A stretch of 64,000 nt of DNA, from NCBI RefSeq assembly GCF_023055435.1, contig NW_025963891.1, forward strand, positions 11,780,001 to 11,844,000. Reading direction: 5' to 3'. The notes under the pieces were generated by a model. It searched no databases. It was not told the origin of the DNA and was given only the letters and a program-made list of their open reading frames with translations. Positions 25,171 through 37,857 of the stretch are shown piece after piece (position 1 is the stretch's first letter; every line of letters starts with the position of its first letter). A program made the position numbers and the translations under genes. Source of the stretch: Haliotis rufescens. Taxonomy: Eukaryota.

Positions 25171-27582
25171 GAAGTAGCTTGCTAGTGGGGGAATTAACTT
25201 GGTAGCTAATTACCGGGCTTTCACCTTAAAACAGCGAGAAGGCTGCTGAGTCTGAAGTCGAGGCTGAAGTCTTTGTTCGTGGCGCAATGTCAAATTACAT
25301 ATATAGAGATAATTCACACAATATTAAGGGTACAAAGTAGATACAGTAAAGACGCATTAATGTCATGATTGACAGAATTTGGATTTTATCCTTGCCCCTC
25401 CATGCTCTGACGGCGTGATTGTGCCATAAAACTCCTGAATAGAGTCATAAAACAATCATTTTACATTTTACGCAGAAATCCGTGGATTGTTTTAAAATCA
25501 ACTGCGTCTGTACTGTTAAAAAATATGTGTTAGTAGATAGTGAGAAAATATCAACATTGTCTTCATAGGTATAATTTGGAATGTGACTGGAAAAATCTCA
25601 GCTCTCTAATATGCCCCCCTCCCTCCCACTTCATTACCCTTAGTTTACGTATGTACCTTTTATCGTTTAGAAACGCATGCGACCCCTATAATGCCCAAGA
25701 TGGGATATTGCTATATCACGAGATAGCGAGAAAGCTAGAAAGCGATAACACGAGACGAGAAAGTGTTATGGCTTTCTCGTCAAGTGTTATCGCTTTCACC
25801 CGGACGTAATTGAGGACGAGAAAGCGATGTCCCCCTTGGCCACCATAGAAATCCAGCACAGTTTCACATTCCTATTTTGCCTTTCACCAGCCCTGGGCTT
25901 TGCGTCTTTAATCACACAAACCTTCCACTCTTAATGTTCCAGTGAAATGAGTGCTATTCATGCACAACCAACACATGTCGATGTGTTTGAATATTAAGTG
26001 TCATCCTTGTCATATGTTCATGACTGCTTTCCTGATAACATTTAAGGACTTGGGCGAGAAAAGGGTTAACAAATAGCGGCATTCTTGCGAGGTCTTTAGG
26101 TGACAAACTAGAGCTGTTATGTAACCCAGGCTGTAAAGTGAAGGTTATTTATATACGCAATACACAATACATTACTAACCCCTCGGCGTGACATGGAATA
26201 CAGGCGGGTTATAAAACGTCACAGATCACTCCCATCACAAATGTAAAACATGGACTAGATCAGTACTTTTAGGTCAATTCATATTATGTATTTTGTATTC
26301 AAGACTATTGGCAAACATACAAAGGTGCATCATTTTACAATTAGCAATAGGCAACAGAAGCACATATTAAAATATTAAAATGATATTGTTAAATACGTGA
26401 TTATTAACAATAATGCTAGTTGATAGAACTTCATTACGCTAACTACATCGGGGGTTCGGCTTTCACATATCAAAATACGAAATGGTTGGTTGGATCTTTA
26501 GTTTAATCAGTAAATATATTTCGTCATAAACATATGAGGAACATCAATATTCAGTGTCTTATGTTCGAATTGAGTTAATTCCCCCGTTAATTCTCTTCGT
26601 GTATAGCAGGCTACAAAACAGGCTCCTTGTGATGTTGAAATGTGGCAACATTTACGTAATCCAACACAGCTTCACATTCCTGTTCCTATCTTACCTTTCA
26701 CCTTTCGCTGCGTCTATGATCACACACACCTTCCCCTCGTTATGTTCCCGTGAAATGACTGCTTTACATACGCAGCCCACATCTGTCTGTGTGTGTGAAT
26801 AGTAACTCTATGCAAGTGTATAAACGTACATTTCTACTCTATAGTGCAACCAATCCATCTAACCAATGGAGATGGGGTTTCTGCCCTGTATAGAGGAACA
26901 TCGCTAGTTCATCGTGGGGGCTGGGTGGGGGTTAGGGGTGGTGTCTATATGTAAACAAGTACATCTCTAGCTTCTGGTAAACAATACTCCATGGTGAGAG
27001 GGGAATCTATACTCTATACAAGTACATCTCTTGGTCAATTTGTACAACTCTAGTCGTTTGTGATATAAGATATGTGCCGTATATCTCTCTAAACGCCGGT
27101 ATTCAAGACGCTGAGGGGTTTATTTCTTAAATGAGATATCAACACTATGAACATCCTCTTTAATGTTAATAAAACAAGCTTGGAAAATATTTACCCAAAT
27201 CTTAATGACGATAACTCCCTGAAAAGAATCCGACCTCGGAAATGTCGGACAAGTCCATGTTACGAACAGGTGGGTTACGTTTTGGATTTTCTGCATATTC
27301 TAACAATCCTCACATTAATTACTTGTACCATACTAGACACTTCCCTCTAAAAGATAACGTCGTCCAAAATATAACATTCAAATCACCAGAAATGGCGTCA
27401 TGATAGAACAATGAAATAAACCATTCTTCATTGTTCTTTGCTATTTATAGCGTAGCCATCTTATATAACGTATTATTTAGCGCGTATGTTGATAACCATT
27501 ACTGTACAACTGGCCACGCCACAGTTCATGAAGACCCCGGCTACTATCGGTTTACTTTTATCTCGCTCAAGTCATCACATAT

Positions 27583-28010
27583 ATACTCTGAACAAAACAA
27601 GGTGAAGGTCATCTATTCTCAATATCTTTTATGGCCACCATTAGAGTCCAAAACTGACTGGTATCATCCCATGGAAGCAATCAGATCCCGAATTGTGGCC
27701 TACGGAATGTTCACCTACTCTGCCTAAATGTAGTGCTTGTGCCAACTATCGGAGGTTCTGTGGTTGTTGTTGACGTGCTCGCAGTCGTTGATCCAGAGAG
27801 CCCATAAATTTTCGATTGGGTTTATACCTGGACCTGGCCAGACCTGGATGTTGTGATTCCTGAGAAAGATAGTTGTCTGTCTTGCCATGCGAGGTCGGGC
27901 GTTGTCTTGTTGGAAAATGACGTTCGCTTGTTGCATAATGGGTGTCGGCAACACTCTCAGATATTTACGATTTTACTGCTTTTGCGTTTCTTTTTTGCAG
28001 AGTTTGTATA
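27583..28010 (-). mobile_element. Internally deleted Tc1 element
   Basis: IFQQDNARP...WP..INPIENLW motifs; ends TACTCTG.. and ..TTTGCGTTTCTTTTTTGCAGAGT. Confidence 0.82.
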
Positions 28011-29716
28011 TATAGCCGCGCATTGTGCACTTGGATGTATGCCATCTGTATCTGGACTGAGGCCTATAAATCAACTTTGAATTGACTTTGACTTAACTAT
28101 ATTGTGATTGTTGATTGCATTCATAAATTTGAGACTCAGCTCTCAAGACTGAAGGGAAACAATTAAAACATACGTAATTGAAGACAAAACAGCTCCTCAA
28201 TCGCTCATCCAATCACCGTCAAACTTTTGACTAAGGTCATAGGTCATGTAGTTTGGCAGCGAGTTTTGATTTAAGTTAACCAGTATGCTTTTTACGTTAT
28301 TTTGTGTATATTCTTCCACAATCTTTTCCTCCGAACGTACCTGTGGAACTTTATATAACTGTTCTATATATGGTCTCCAAACTGTGATCTGACATTGTTC
28401 GTAAATGTCACTTGGTGGCCGCCAAATTGCAATTTACATCGCAAAATTATTCTTAAAATTTGTTAAGACGGTTCTAAATTAAAACAGTGAAATATGGCGT
28501 TGATATATTAATTTCGAATTTTGAACATGTTTTATTCTTGGGTGCGTGTTAAAAGTAACGCCATTTGAAGGTTATATTTGAGTTTCAGTTGTTGTTTACA
28601 TAAAGTTAAGGAGACTGAACAAATCGAGAGAGAAATATACATTACGAATAACCCCTGTTCACTTCCTTTACATCCGTACTAGGGCCATGAACAATTTTGT
28701 GGCCATGGTCTTCTGTAGTAGATATAAAGGATTTTTAAAACTAGAAATGTTGTGTTTTTGCGATTTGTTCCGGGGTCGAAAACGTGTTTTTTACTCAAAT
28801 AGACAGTTTGTTTTTAACCCTCTAGGACTAAAGAGATAGTGGTACGATTTGGTCCATAGACAAGTTAATTCAAAACAACAGAGTTACCTTCCACGGCTAA
28901 AGCTTGTAGATATTGAAAGAAGTGATAGTAACATATGTGAAAACGTTTTTTTTAAATGCCGACTGCAAAAACAGTGAAGCATCAATCAAATATCAGAATT
29001 ATCCCAACTAACGAACATCGAAAGTGACGCAATGACCTTCGGAGGCGTTTTGTTTGAAAGTGTATAATAACTGTAAACGTATGTTTCTTGTTGCTGAAGT
29101 GACAGTTTAAACAATAATCGGAACTAAAATTTATTTTGTAACTTAGTCAGCCACGGAATTTAAGTCCTGCTGTCTATGCTGGGGTGATGGTTTCTGTTTG
29201 TTAGAGCTGTCGACAATGAGCATAAGTTACAGTGTTGAAGCTTCAAATAACAATCACCAAAGTATTTGCTTGACGCCAGTTCCTCCGTCGATGTAAAGGC
29301 AGTTTGTACGGATATATGTTTTTGAGTGAAATATGTGTAACTATAATATGTTAAAAATACCGTTCACAGCAATTTACGGTCTTTTCGGAAGATCGGGAGC
29401 ACAACAAAGAAGCCTGAATAAAAAAAGTGAAATATCCCCACTATTTTAATTTGCTAATGTAGAAGTGACCATTTATGGCATAACGTTAATTACAAGTCAC
29501 TGTTTATGCTATTCAGCTGGGGTCACGGAATTTTCAATGCTGCTGACTGTGTTTAAGGTATGTCTTTGATTTTTATGAAGTTCACAACTTCATAAGTGAT
29601 AAACTTAAAACCGTAAGTATTAAACATTTTGACAAATATTGAGCTGCATCACTGGGACTTTCAGTTAAAAATGTTTAAACAGTTAACCTTCTTGTGACAC
29701 GGGAAATGACATAATC

Positions 29717-29850
29717 GCTTTTAGCAATAGTCCAGCAATATCACGGCGGGGATTTCCATAAATGAGCTTCACACATTGTACCCATGTGGGGAATCGAACC
29801 TGGATCTTCGGCGTGACCAGCGAACGCTTTAACCACGAGGCTAGCTCACC
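29717..29850 (-). mobile_element. tRNA-derived SINE (family 1)
   Basis: Reverse complement of the 37694 copy. Confidence 0.85.
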
Positions 29851-30352
29851 GCTCCCGTCGCTGTGACAACGGTGTTATCACAGTTGATATGTGTACTTGG
29901 GTAAACTGCACATATAGAAATACATCCTTCTGTATGTGCGTGTATGTTTGTATGTATGTGTGTGTGTATGTTTGTATGTATGTATGTGTGTGTGTGTGAT
30001 TGTGGTGTGTGTGTGCGCGCGTGTGTAAGGTAGCTTGCCATTAACTTGGTAGCTAATTACTGGGATATCACCTTTAAGCAGAGAGAAGGCTGCTGATCAT
30101 GAGTCCCTTGAAGTCTTTATTCGTGGCAGATTGTCAAATTACATATTTAGAGATAATTCACACAATATTAACTGTACAAAGTAGATACAGTAAATAACTT
30201 TAACAATAAAATACATGTGTACATTGACAACAGAGCAATATAACTACACACCAACTATATAAATAATAGTGATTTACCTAATTCAAGGTTCTATATATAA
30301 TATGTGTTTAGTAAATAGCACATTCAATAATACACCACTGTTTAGATGACAG

Positions 30353-31376
30353 TGTGGCAGGATGTATATATTTGGGATTATTTTAGAAGTAGTTTAGTAT
30401 AAACTTATCCAAAACATAGATATTTTATTGTATTTATTAAATAAATTAGTTTACTTAGTCCACTAACTCACACCTCAGTAACATAATCTAACATGTGGTG
30501 ATTGATTCTTTGTGCTAAGGCTACTGCGGTCTCAGCCTAGCTTATTGTTCTCTGCCGGTCAGCTTGGCCTGGCTTTGTATTTCCCGCGTCACATGACCAC
30601 CTTGGTCATGTACTTCACACCTTTACTATGTGCACCATTTCTAGTCACAACTCTCACTGGTAAAGGACAGTTCAGTTTGGGGTGAGTTAAATATATTTAT
30701 TATCATTGTACTTAGGTTTCTAGCATATATAATGTATTTTAGTACACTCATATTAAGTCATTTATGTTCCATAAGAACAGTATATCATGTATATGTTATA
30801 AACATGAATTATCAGTATATTCATGTTATTGCAATATATATTTAAATATTGTAAGATGTTACCATTGAGGTATATGCAAAATGAGTGTACTAGATTGAAG
30901 CATGTATTGGTACTATTTTATCATGAAAGTGTAAAATATCAAAACATTATAATTGTTGATTTTATCATACATATGAAATGCCTAAAAATGTTGATTGTTA
31001 TACTGCTAGATGAGTTTCACATGCCATGTATACAATGTATGTGATGTTTACCATACCAGTAAGATTCATGTAGTTATATATCATTTATCAGGTCACGTAA
31101 GATACTGCATGACCAGTTTACCGTACTAAATGTAAAGTAAGCGTTCACATTATATCTTATTGATTGGTATATCAAACACATGTAGTAGATATATAATGGC
31201 AGTATTCTTTTAATGATCTATTGGTTATGATGTTTGCCTACATTTTGTAAATATTGTGTTTTAGGGTTCCTTTATCATCATCATAACCACTGATTGTGGA
31301 CCATCATTGGAATAAATCCAGTTGTAAAAACAGCATGCTTTTGTGTCTCCATTACCCTGCATAAGCCTCTGCGACA
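30353..31376 (+). mobile_element. Solo LTR (Gypsy-like)
   Basis: TGTGGCAG...CTGCGACA termini (7/8 inverted match), 4-bp direct repeat ACAG on both sides, AATAAA at 31311. Confidence 0.78.
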
Positions 31377-32326
31377 ACAGTGCGATAGAACGTGTATTGC
31401 TTGTGATAGATTTGAATAGATAATAATAATTATATTGCTTTTTGGATAACTACGGTAGAAGCAGCTGGCTTGAACGTTTCTGCAGATGATTGTTTTGATA
31501 AATATGGTAATACAATTACAAAAAGCGAATTGTGAATAGTAAACGACTCGGAAGTATTGTATGTTATTCTAGCATTTCATACAGGAACTGTTAACATTTA
31601 CTTGCATGGCATTCTAGCGTTACCGATGTATTTACATGCAAATGTATTTAACATACTGTATAATTTCAATGCCGTAACTGCTTAACTAAATGATAGACGT
31701 AGTAGCATGACCAATATTCGAGTGAAATGTTATTTACGTGAGATTACCCGCGGGTATTTACCACTATGTACTCTTCCTCGTGCCATGCTATGCATGGCTT
31801 TATCTGTCACTTGACATATCAACAGTTAGTGAACTAATCTACTAAGATCTACATAAACACACACACATTCACTTCACATTCATGTTCCTTTGCGGTAGAA
31901 TAAATTAACTTATTGTTAAGGATATCAAACCATGGTTTAAATATAGTGCCGTGCATATGATATGGTATAGGTTTAAGGCAAGAGGAGCTTAACAAGAAAA
32001 TAATGTTATCTTACCTTAAAACAGAGAGAATTCTCCTGAGTCCCTTGAAGTCTTTATTCGTGGCAGAGTGAAGTTCCTAGGGACTCGGGACTTCTGTAGA
32101 ATGCGTTAGGTACCTAATATTGGAGCTAATATCTCAATCTGTTAAATGCCTGGTGTATTTATTACAATAATATTCGTTAGTTACGGAGTGCAATGGCCTC
32201 GTAATATCCTTTGTGTTCCCACCTATCTGTATTGATCGTGCGTCCGGCCACGTGACAGCCTGGGGCACAACCCTAGCGTATTGTCATCGTTCTAAATTCA
32301 CTATATTTAACCCATAATTAAAGTGG

Positions 32327-32489
32327 NNNNNNNNNNNNNNNNNNNNNNNNNNNNNNNNNNNNNNNNNNNNNNNNNNNNNNNNNNNNNNNNNNNNNNNNNN
32401 NNNNNNNNNNNNNNNNNNNNNNNNNNNNNNNNNNNNNNNNNNNNNNNNNNNNNNNNNNNNNNNNNNNNNNNNNNNNNNNNNNNNNNNNN
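32327..32489. other. Assembly gap (163 N)
   Basis: Run of N. Confidence 1.
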
Positions 32490-33257
32490 GCTGATGCCGA
32501 TTTATAGTGTTAGCCGATTGAGATACCATACCGCAGTTTAACATGAATACCCCACTCAGGCACAGTATACTGACTCAGAGCCGATCAGTTCTTGTTTTAG
32601 CCTCTTAATGCCGAGCGCCAGGCAGGATAACAACAAGTATCATCTTTTAACGTCTGTATGTAACACACACACACACAGCTTCAAACAACAACTACCAAGG
32701 TATTTGCTTGACGCCAAGATCCTCCGTCGATGTAAAGGCAGTTAATACGGATATATTTTTGTGTGTGAAAGATGTCTCACTAAAATATGTTAAAAACACC
32801 GTTCACGGCAATTTACAGTCTTTTCGGAAGATCGGGAGCACGACGAGGAAACGTGAACAAAACGTGAAATATCCTTACTATTTAAATTTGAAGTCCAATT
32901 TTGTTAACGTATGTTATTTGTTGCTAACGAAGAAGTGACCATTTAAGGACGCTCTACCACTAGATCACGGAGGCGGTCCATGTGTCTGCTTGCACACAAA
33001 TAACTCTCTTCTCATTTTCTATAGCATGCTACACAACAAGCTCCTTGTGATGTTGTAATGTGTCAAAATGTGACGGAATCTAGCACCATTTCACATTTCT
33101 TGACCCATCTTACGTATCACTTTCCATTGGCGTTGCCTATGCGTCAAGGATCGCACACAATTTCCACTTTAATATTCCAATGTAATGAATGCTATACATA
33201 CACAGCCAAAGCCTGTGTTTGAATATTAAGTTTAATCCTTGTCATATATATATGTTA

Positions 33258-34625
33258 CAGGAAACAAGTATAATCCTCATCCCGAAGGAGCTTTACTTGG
33301 AATCTATTGACCAGTACCACTAAGAAGACACCACACCACTACTACCTCCTGAAGAAGTATGAAGTACTGAAGTGTGGTGACGTTGACAAGTTGATCAAAC
33401 GACGCCAGTCATCAGAGGAAGATCCACTGTATTTCGTGACCATCGAAGATACGTACGACACTATCAAGCGCGCTCACCTGGCAACTGGTCATGGCGGAAG
33501 AGATAAGATGATTCATGAAATAAATAAGAAGTATGCCAACATCACCACTGATTCAATCTCCCTCTTCAAATCCATGTGTACGGAGTGCCAGCGGAAGAGG
33601 AAGCGACCAACCAACAAGGGGACCGTTGTCAAGCCCATTCTTTCCAAGGACTTTAATTCAAGGCTCAAGTGGACCTCATCGACATGCAGTCAATGAGTCA
33701 AGGCCAGTATAAGTGGATCATGGTTTACCAAGATCATCTTACCAAGTTTGTTGTGTTGCGTCCCCTAACGTCTAAACGTGCTTCTGAAGTCGCCTATCAA
33801 CTTTTGGACATATTTCTCCTACTTGGCGCTCCTTGTGTGCTCCAAAGTGACAATGGATCTGAATTTACAGCACAGGTTGTAACTATATTGAAACTTATGT
33901 GGCCCTCATTGGTGATCGTGCACGGAAAGCCTCGACATCCCCAAAGCCAAGGTTCTGTAGAGAGGGCGAACTGTGACATTAAAGACATTCTAGTTGCTTG
34001 GCTTGGAGACAATGACACCAGTGATTGGACTGTAGGACTTAAGTTCGTCCAGTTTCAGAAGAATTCAAGTCTCCACAGTGGTATCAAAACCTCACAATTT
34101 GCAGCTCTCTTCGGATCTGATGCTCGGACTGGCCTTGCATCTTCAACCCTCCCACATGAAGTTCTTCAGCGACTGCAGTCAGAAGATGATCTACTTTCGG
34201 CCATTGAATCTCCTGTTTCCAATGCTGACAAGTCATTAGAAGAGCCCACTCCATCATCCAGTGACGCGTCAGAATTTATCTACTCAAACATCGCCCGCCT
34301 CCCAGGAAGATCAAGTAGCAGCACAACTTAACAGCATCATGCAGAACAGAAAAAGTGCCAGAGAAGCACAAGAAGAACAAGCCCAGCGCATGGTGAAACG
34401 CAGCAAACGTGTTTTTGGGCCTGTAAGTGTTGAAGACATAATTGTTGTAGTTATTGAATGTAGTGATAATGACATGTTCACAATTGCAGTCAAGGGTGGT
34501 GTGCTAAATGGGAAATATTCCCGTAACCAGTTCGATGTATGTGTCACCAAACTGTATAATGCTGACGATTTCAATACCGATCGAACACTCTCTTTGCCTC
34601 AAGCGGTTCAACTTGTCTGTGGTGG
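33258..34625 (+). mobile_element. Frameshifted KRBA2/SCAND3-like (Ginger/GIN-type) DDE integrase relic
   Basis: HLATGHGG..CTEC zinc finger, then VDLIDM, QDHLTKF, LQSDNGSEF and RHPQSQGSVERAN in an adjacent frame; no gag, RT or LTRs. Confidence 0.88.
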
Positions 34626-34929
34626 TCAAGGCAGGGGGTGGTGTCATAAACAACGTACATCTCTGGCGTATAGTGTACATCAATACGCCATGGTGAGTGG
34701 GGAATCTATACTACATACAAGTACATCTCTTGGCCATGGTGTACATCCCCAGTCGTTTGTGATGGGAGGGATCTCTGCCAAAAAATAATACGCAGGTATT
34801 CCACACGCTGAGGGGTATATAATACACGATGTATCGCGGATATTAATAACCTTCACAATACAGTCTTTCTCGGCCACGCCCCAGATCGTGGTTCTATCTG
34901 TTTACTTTTTGCCCGCTCAAGTCATCAGA

Positions 34930-35190
34930 TACTCTGAAAAAAAGAAACACAAAGGTGATTTTAGATGTATATTTTATATATCACATAAATAATCAACAGA
35001 TGGTAATCGAGTGTTCAAAATTAGCAAACGCCGTTGTCATTGACCCTGGTTCCATATGGTACACAGCAAACAGTATATTTTCAAGGTGAAGGTTATCTGT
35101 TCTCAATATTTTTTATGGCCACCATTAGAGTTCAAAACTGACTAGCATCATCGTCCCATGGAAGCAATCAGATCCCGAATTGTAGCCTGA
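34930..35190 (-). mobile_element. Tc1-like 3' end fragment (same family as 24735)
   Basis: Colinear similarity to 24735-24985. Confidence 0.75.
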
Positions 35191-35199
35191 TAATGTTGT

Positions 35200-35610
35200 A
35201 TCAACTTATTATATACAATATGAGATATTTTTGTAGGACTGTTAAAATTCGTAATGTTTGCCAAAAGGAGATTATCCGTTTAAATACTTTAATGTTGAGG
35301 GGTTCCTTGCCAAGGTCCACATAAACCTTAAAAAAAAAATTCAATTGCATTTTCTCCATTATTTCTAAATTTTCAAATTCCCATATTTCGGAACAGTAGA
35401 GAAGGATTGGCAGTACCAGCACATAAAACGCCTTCAATAGACTAATGGTAGGTTAAAATTTATGGCTCTTTTTACGAGGCAGTATATTGCTTTTGTGGCG
35501 TTTGCTGTTAGTGATTTCGTACAAAACACAAATTTTCTATTTCTGTGAAGATTTATACCTAAATATGTATAATTATCAACAATTTCCAGTATCTTTCCCC
35601 TAAATCACTT
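35200..35610 (-). mobile_element. Degenerate LINE RT fragment
   Basis: VLPILLYCSEIW..ENLEIMEK is homologous to the 1363 ORF. Confidence 0.7.
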
Positions 35611-36693
35611 ATGAAGGCATGTTACCACCTTGATCTTTATGGAAGGTTGTATATTATATGTCAGAGAAATAAACCAAACTGATACAATGGTCATTTGGGG
35701 TAATTTACAGGTAAAGAAAACAATAGACATTGGGTTTATGTAGAAATGTTAATTAGCTTTGGTAGTTAAGCTAGCGTCAGCTTGGCCCTGACATGATGGT
35801 TAATGAAAGTGGCATTTCAATATTGTACGGGTGTAGACTGAATTACATGATACATGTGGCTGATGTTAATTAGCTTTAATAACCATCAAATAGCCAATTC
35901 CTTTCCACTGATATGTTCCCGTATAATTAATATCACACATATTTTAGATAGTATCATTTAGCTCGACTAAGGCAGTAAAACATAATTTCACACAACGTAA
36001 TCATTATGTATAAAAATGACATTTATGAGCTACCAAAGTTATTTGTTTGGGTAAAATAATCAGGAACAGATTCGATAATCTTTAATTTTATAATAAATTT
36101 AACAAGCACCTGATAACTGACAAACTATTTATCAGAATAACAATATACCATAGCACATGCATACTAGACTAGTTTCTTTTCAATAATCTTTAAATTTAAC
36201 GCATCTGGCAAATCTGAGTTATCGAACAATATAGTTGTGAAACTCCATCCCTTATTGCAGAAGAAAAACAGTTAGATTTTGCATGATTGAACTTTGAACA
36301 CCACAGCTACAAGTTCAGATATCACCAATAAAACGATCAAATTTGTGCCCATTTGGGTCGTTACAACCACCTCGAAGTTTATGATGAGTGATCTGATCAC
36401 CTCCAGTTCCATATGTTTTCAATATGTGGTGTACATTGCTTGATATGTTTTTATCATCGGCGTTTTTAAATAAAGACAAAGAGTCTTCACATCGTAGAGT
36501 GTCATCCAACATATTCCAATCCCATACACCAGATGGAAAAAGCAATGTTTTACGTTTCTGTGCAACAAAGTGGAATTTGGAGAATGGAGAGTATACCTTG
36601 TAGCGTAAGTGGAACTGTCAGACACATTAACAGGAATTAGATCTGAAAGATAATCGGGCGTTCTTTTTGAACATCTTATTAAAGACACATATT

Positions 36694-37655
36694 TATGGAA
36701 GCGTATCAGTGCGAGTTGATGAAAGTATCACCTACGTTGATGATACTTACATTTACGTAGATGATACTATAATCTACGTAGATGATGCTTTCATCTAGGA
36801 AGATGATAGTTTTGGCTTCGTAGATGATATTACTCACATCTACGTGGAAGATACATCTAGGTAACAATGTTTTCTCGAGTAATCGACACAAGTTCCGGAT
36901 CAGTTATATATAAACTTTGACTTTCTACCTTGACATGTCTTTATTGAGATATTATCTAAACATTGCATAAAGTAAATCTTCATTTCAATGTGTCAAAGTT
37001 ACTGGAGAATGCCACACGCCACACGCTACTCTACAATATAGAGGGGAAGAGCACAACACATTCTCCAATCTACAAGCACACAAAAAACTGTAGGTCATTA
37101 TTCAAAATTTTAGTGAAATTATATGTCAACCATAACATGGTGTAAGCCGGAGAAATCACTCGAATATGTTGATCCTCAGGATGTCTCCATTGCGGAAATG
37201 AGGTTTAAGAGGTAAAACATGAATATGAAGGGTTGAGAATCAGTCAAACTATAAAACTATATGAAACCACTACTCGTCATCATCCTATGAAGCACCGAAG
37301 GTACAAATCTGCAGTTTGTGTTTTTATGTTAGCGCTGATAGTTTGATAAGTTGAAATTAACTCAGTATGTTGTAAAAATACGGAAAAGGCCAAATGAAAA
37401 TAAACAACCAGCATGCTCCCAAACATTGAATTAAATAAACAGAAATAAAGTAATCACATATATCTAAAATATAAATGATTGTATCAACTAGTATCCAACT
37501 TGGGTCGCAACTGCACAAGACAATATCACTGTCTGAGTAACGATACGTGCGATATTAATATCACATATGGAGATGAAAGTATCATCAACGTAGTTGAAAG
37601 TAGTATCTACGGAGGTGATAAAAGATTTAGACTGTGACACTAATACGCTTCCATA
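36694..37655. mobile_element. Non-autonomous TIR element, IS3EU-like
   Basis: TIR TATGGAAGCGTATCAGTG / CACTAATACGCTTCCATA (17/18), 6-bp TSD CATATT, subterminal ~21-bp CTACGTAGATGATA repeats. Confidence 0.8.
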
Positions 37656-37693
37656 CATATTGTATGACTTAAGCGGCGGCTACTTATAGTTGA

Positions 37694-37857
37694 GGGGCGG
37701 TCGGGTAGCCTAGTGGTTAAAGCGTTCGCTCGTTACGCCGAAGACCCGGGTTCGATTCCCGACATGGATACAATGTGTGAAGCCCATTTCTGGTGTCCCC
37801 CTCCCTGATATTGCTGGAATATTGCTAAAAGCGGCGTAGAGCCATACTCACTCACTC
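37694..37857 (+). mobile_element. tRNA-derived SINE (family 1), full length
   Basis: TAGCCTAGTGG A-box, GGTTCGATTCC B-box, (ACTC)n tail. Confidence 0.92.

Noticed and set aside
32284-32544. ORFs containing X runs
   Set aside because: Artefacts of the assembly gap.
37694-37770. tRNA gene (also 6944, 20643, 40457, 53690, 59598)
   Set aside because: The family-1 copies continue into a shared SINE body and tail, several with TSDs. The 20643 and 53690 segments are degenerate, with no convincing acceptor stem or pol III terminator.
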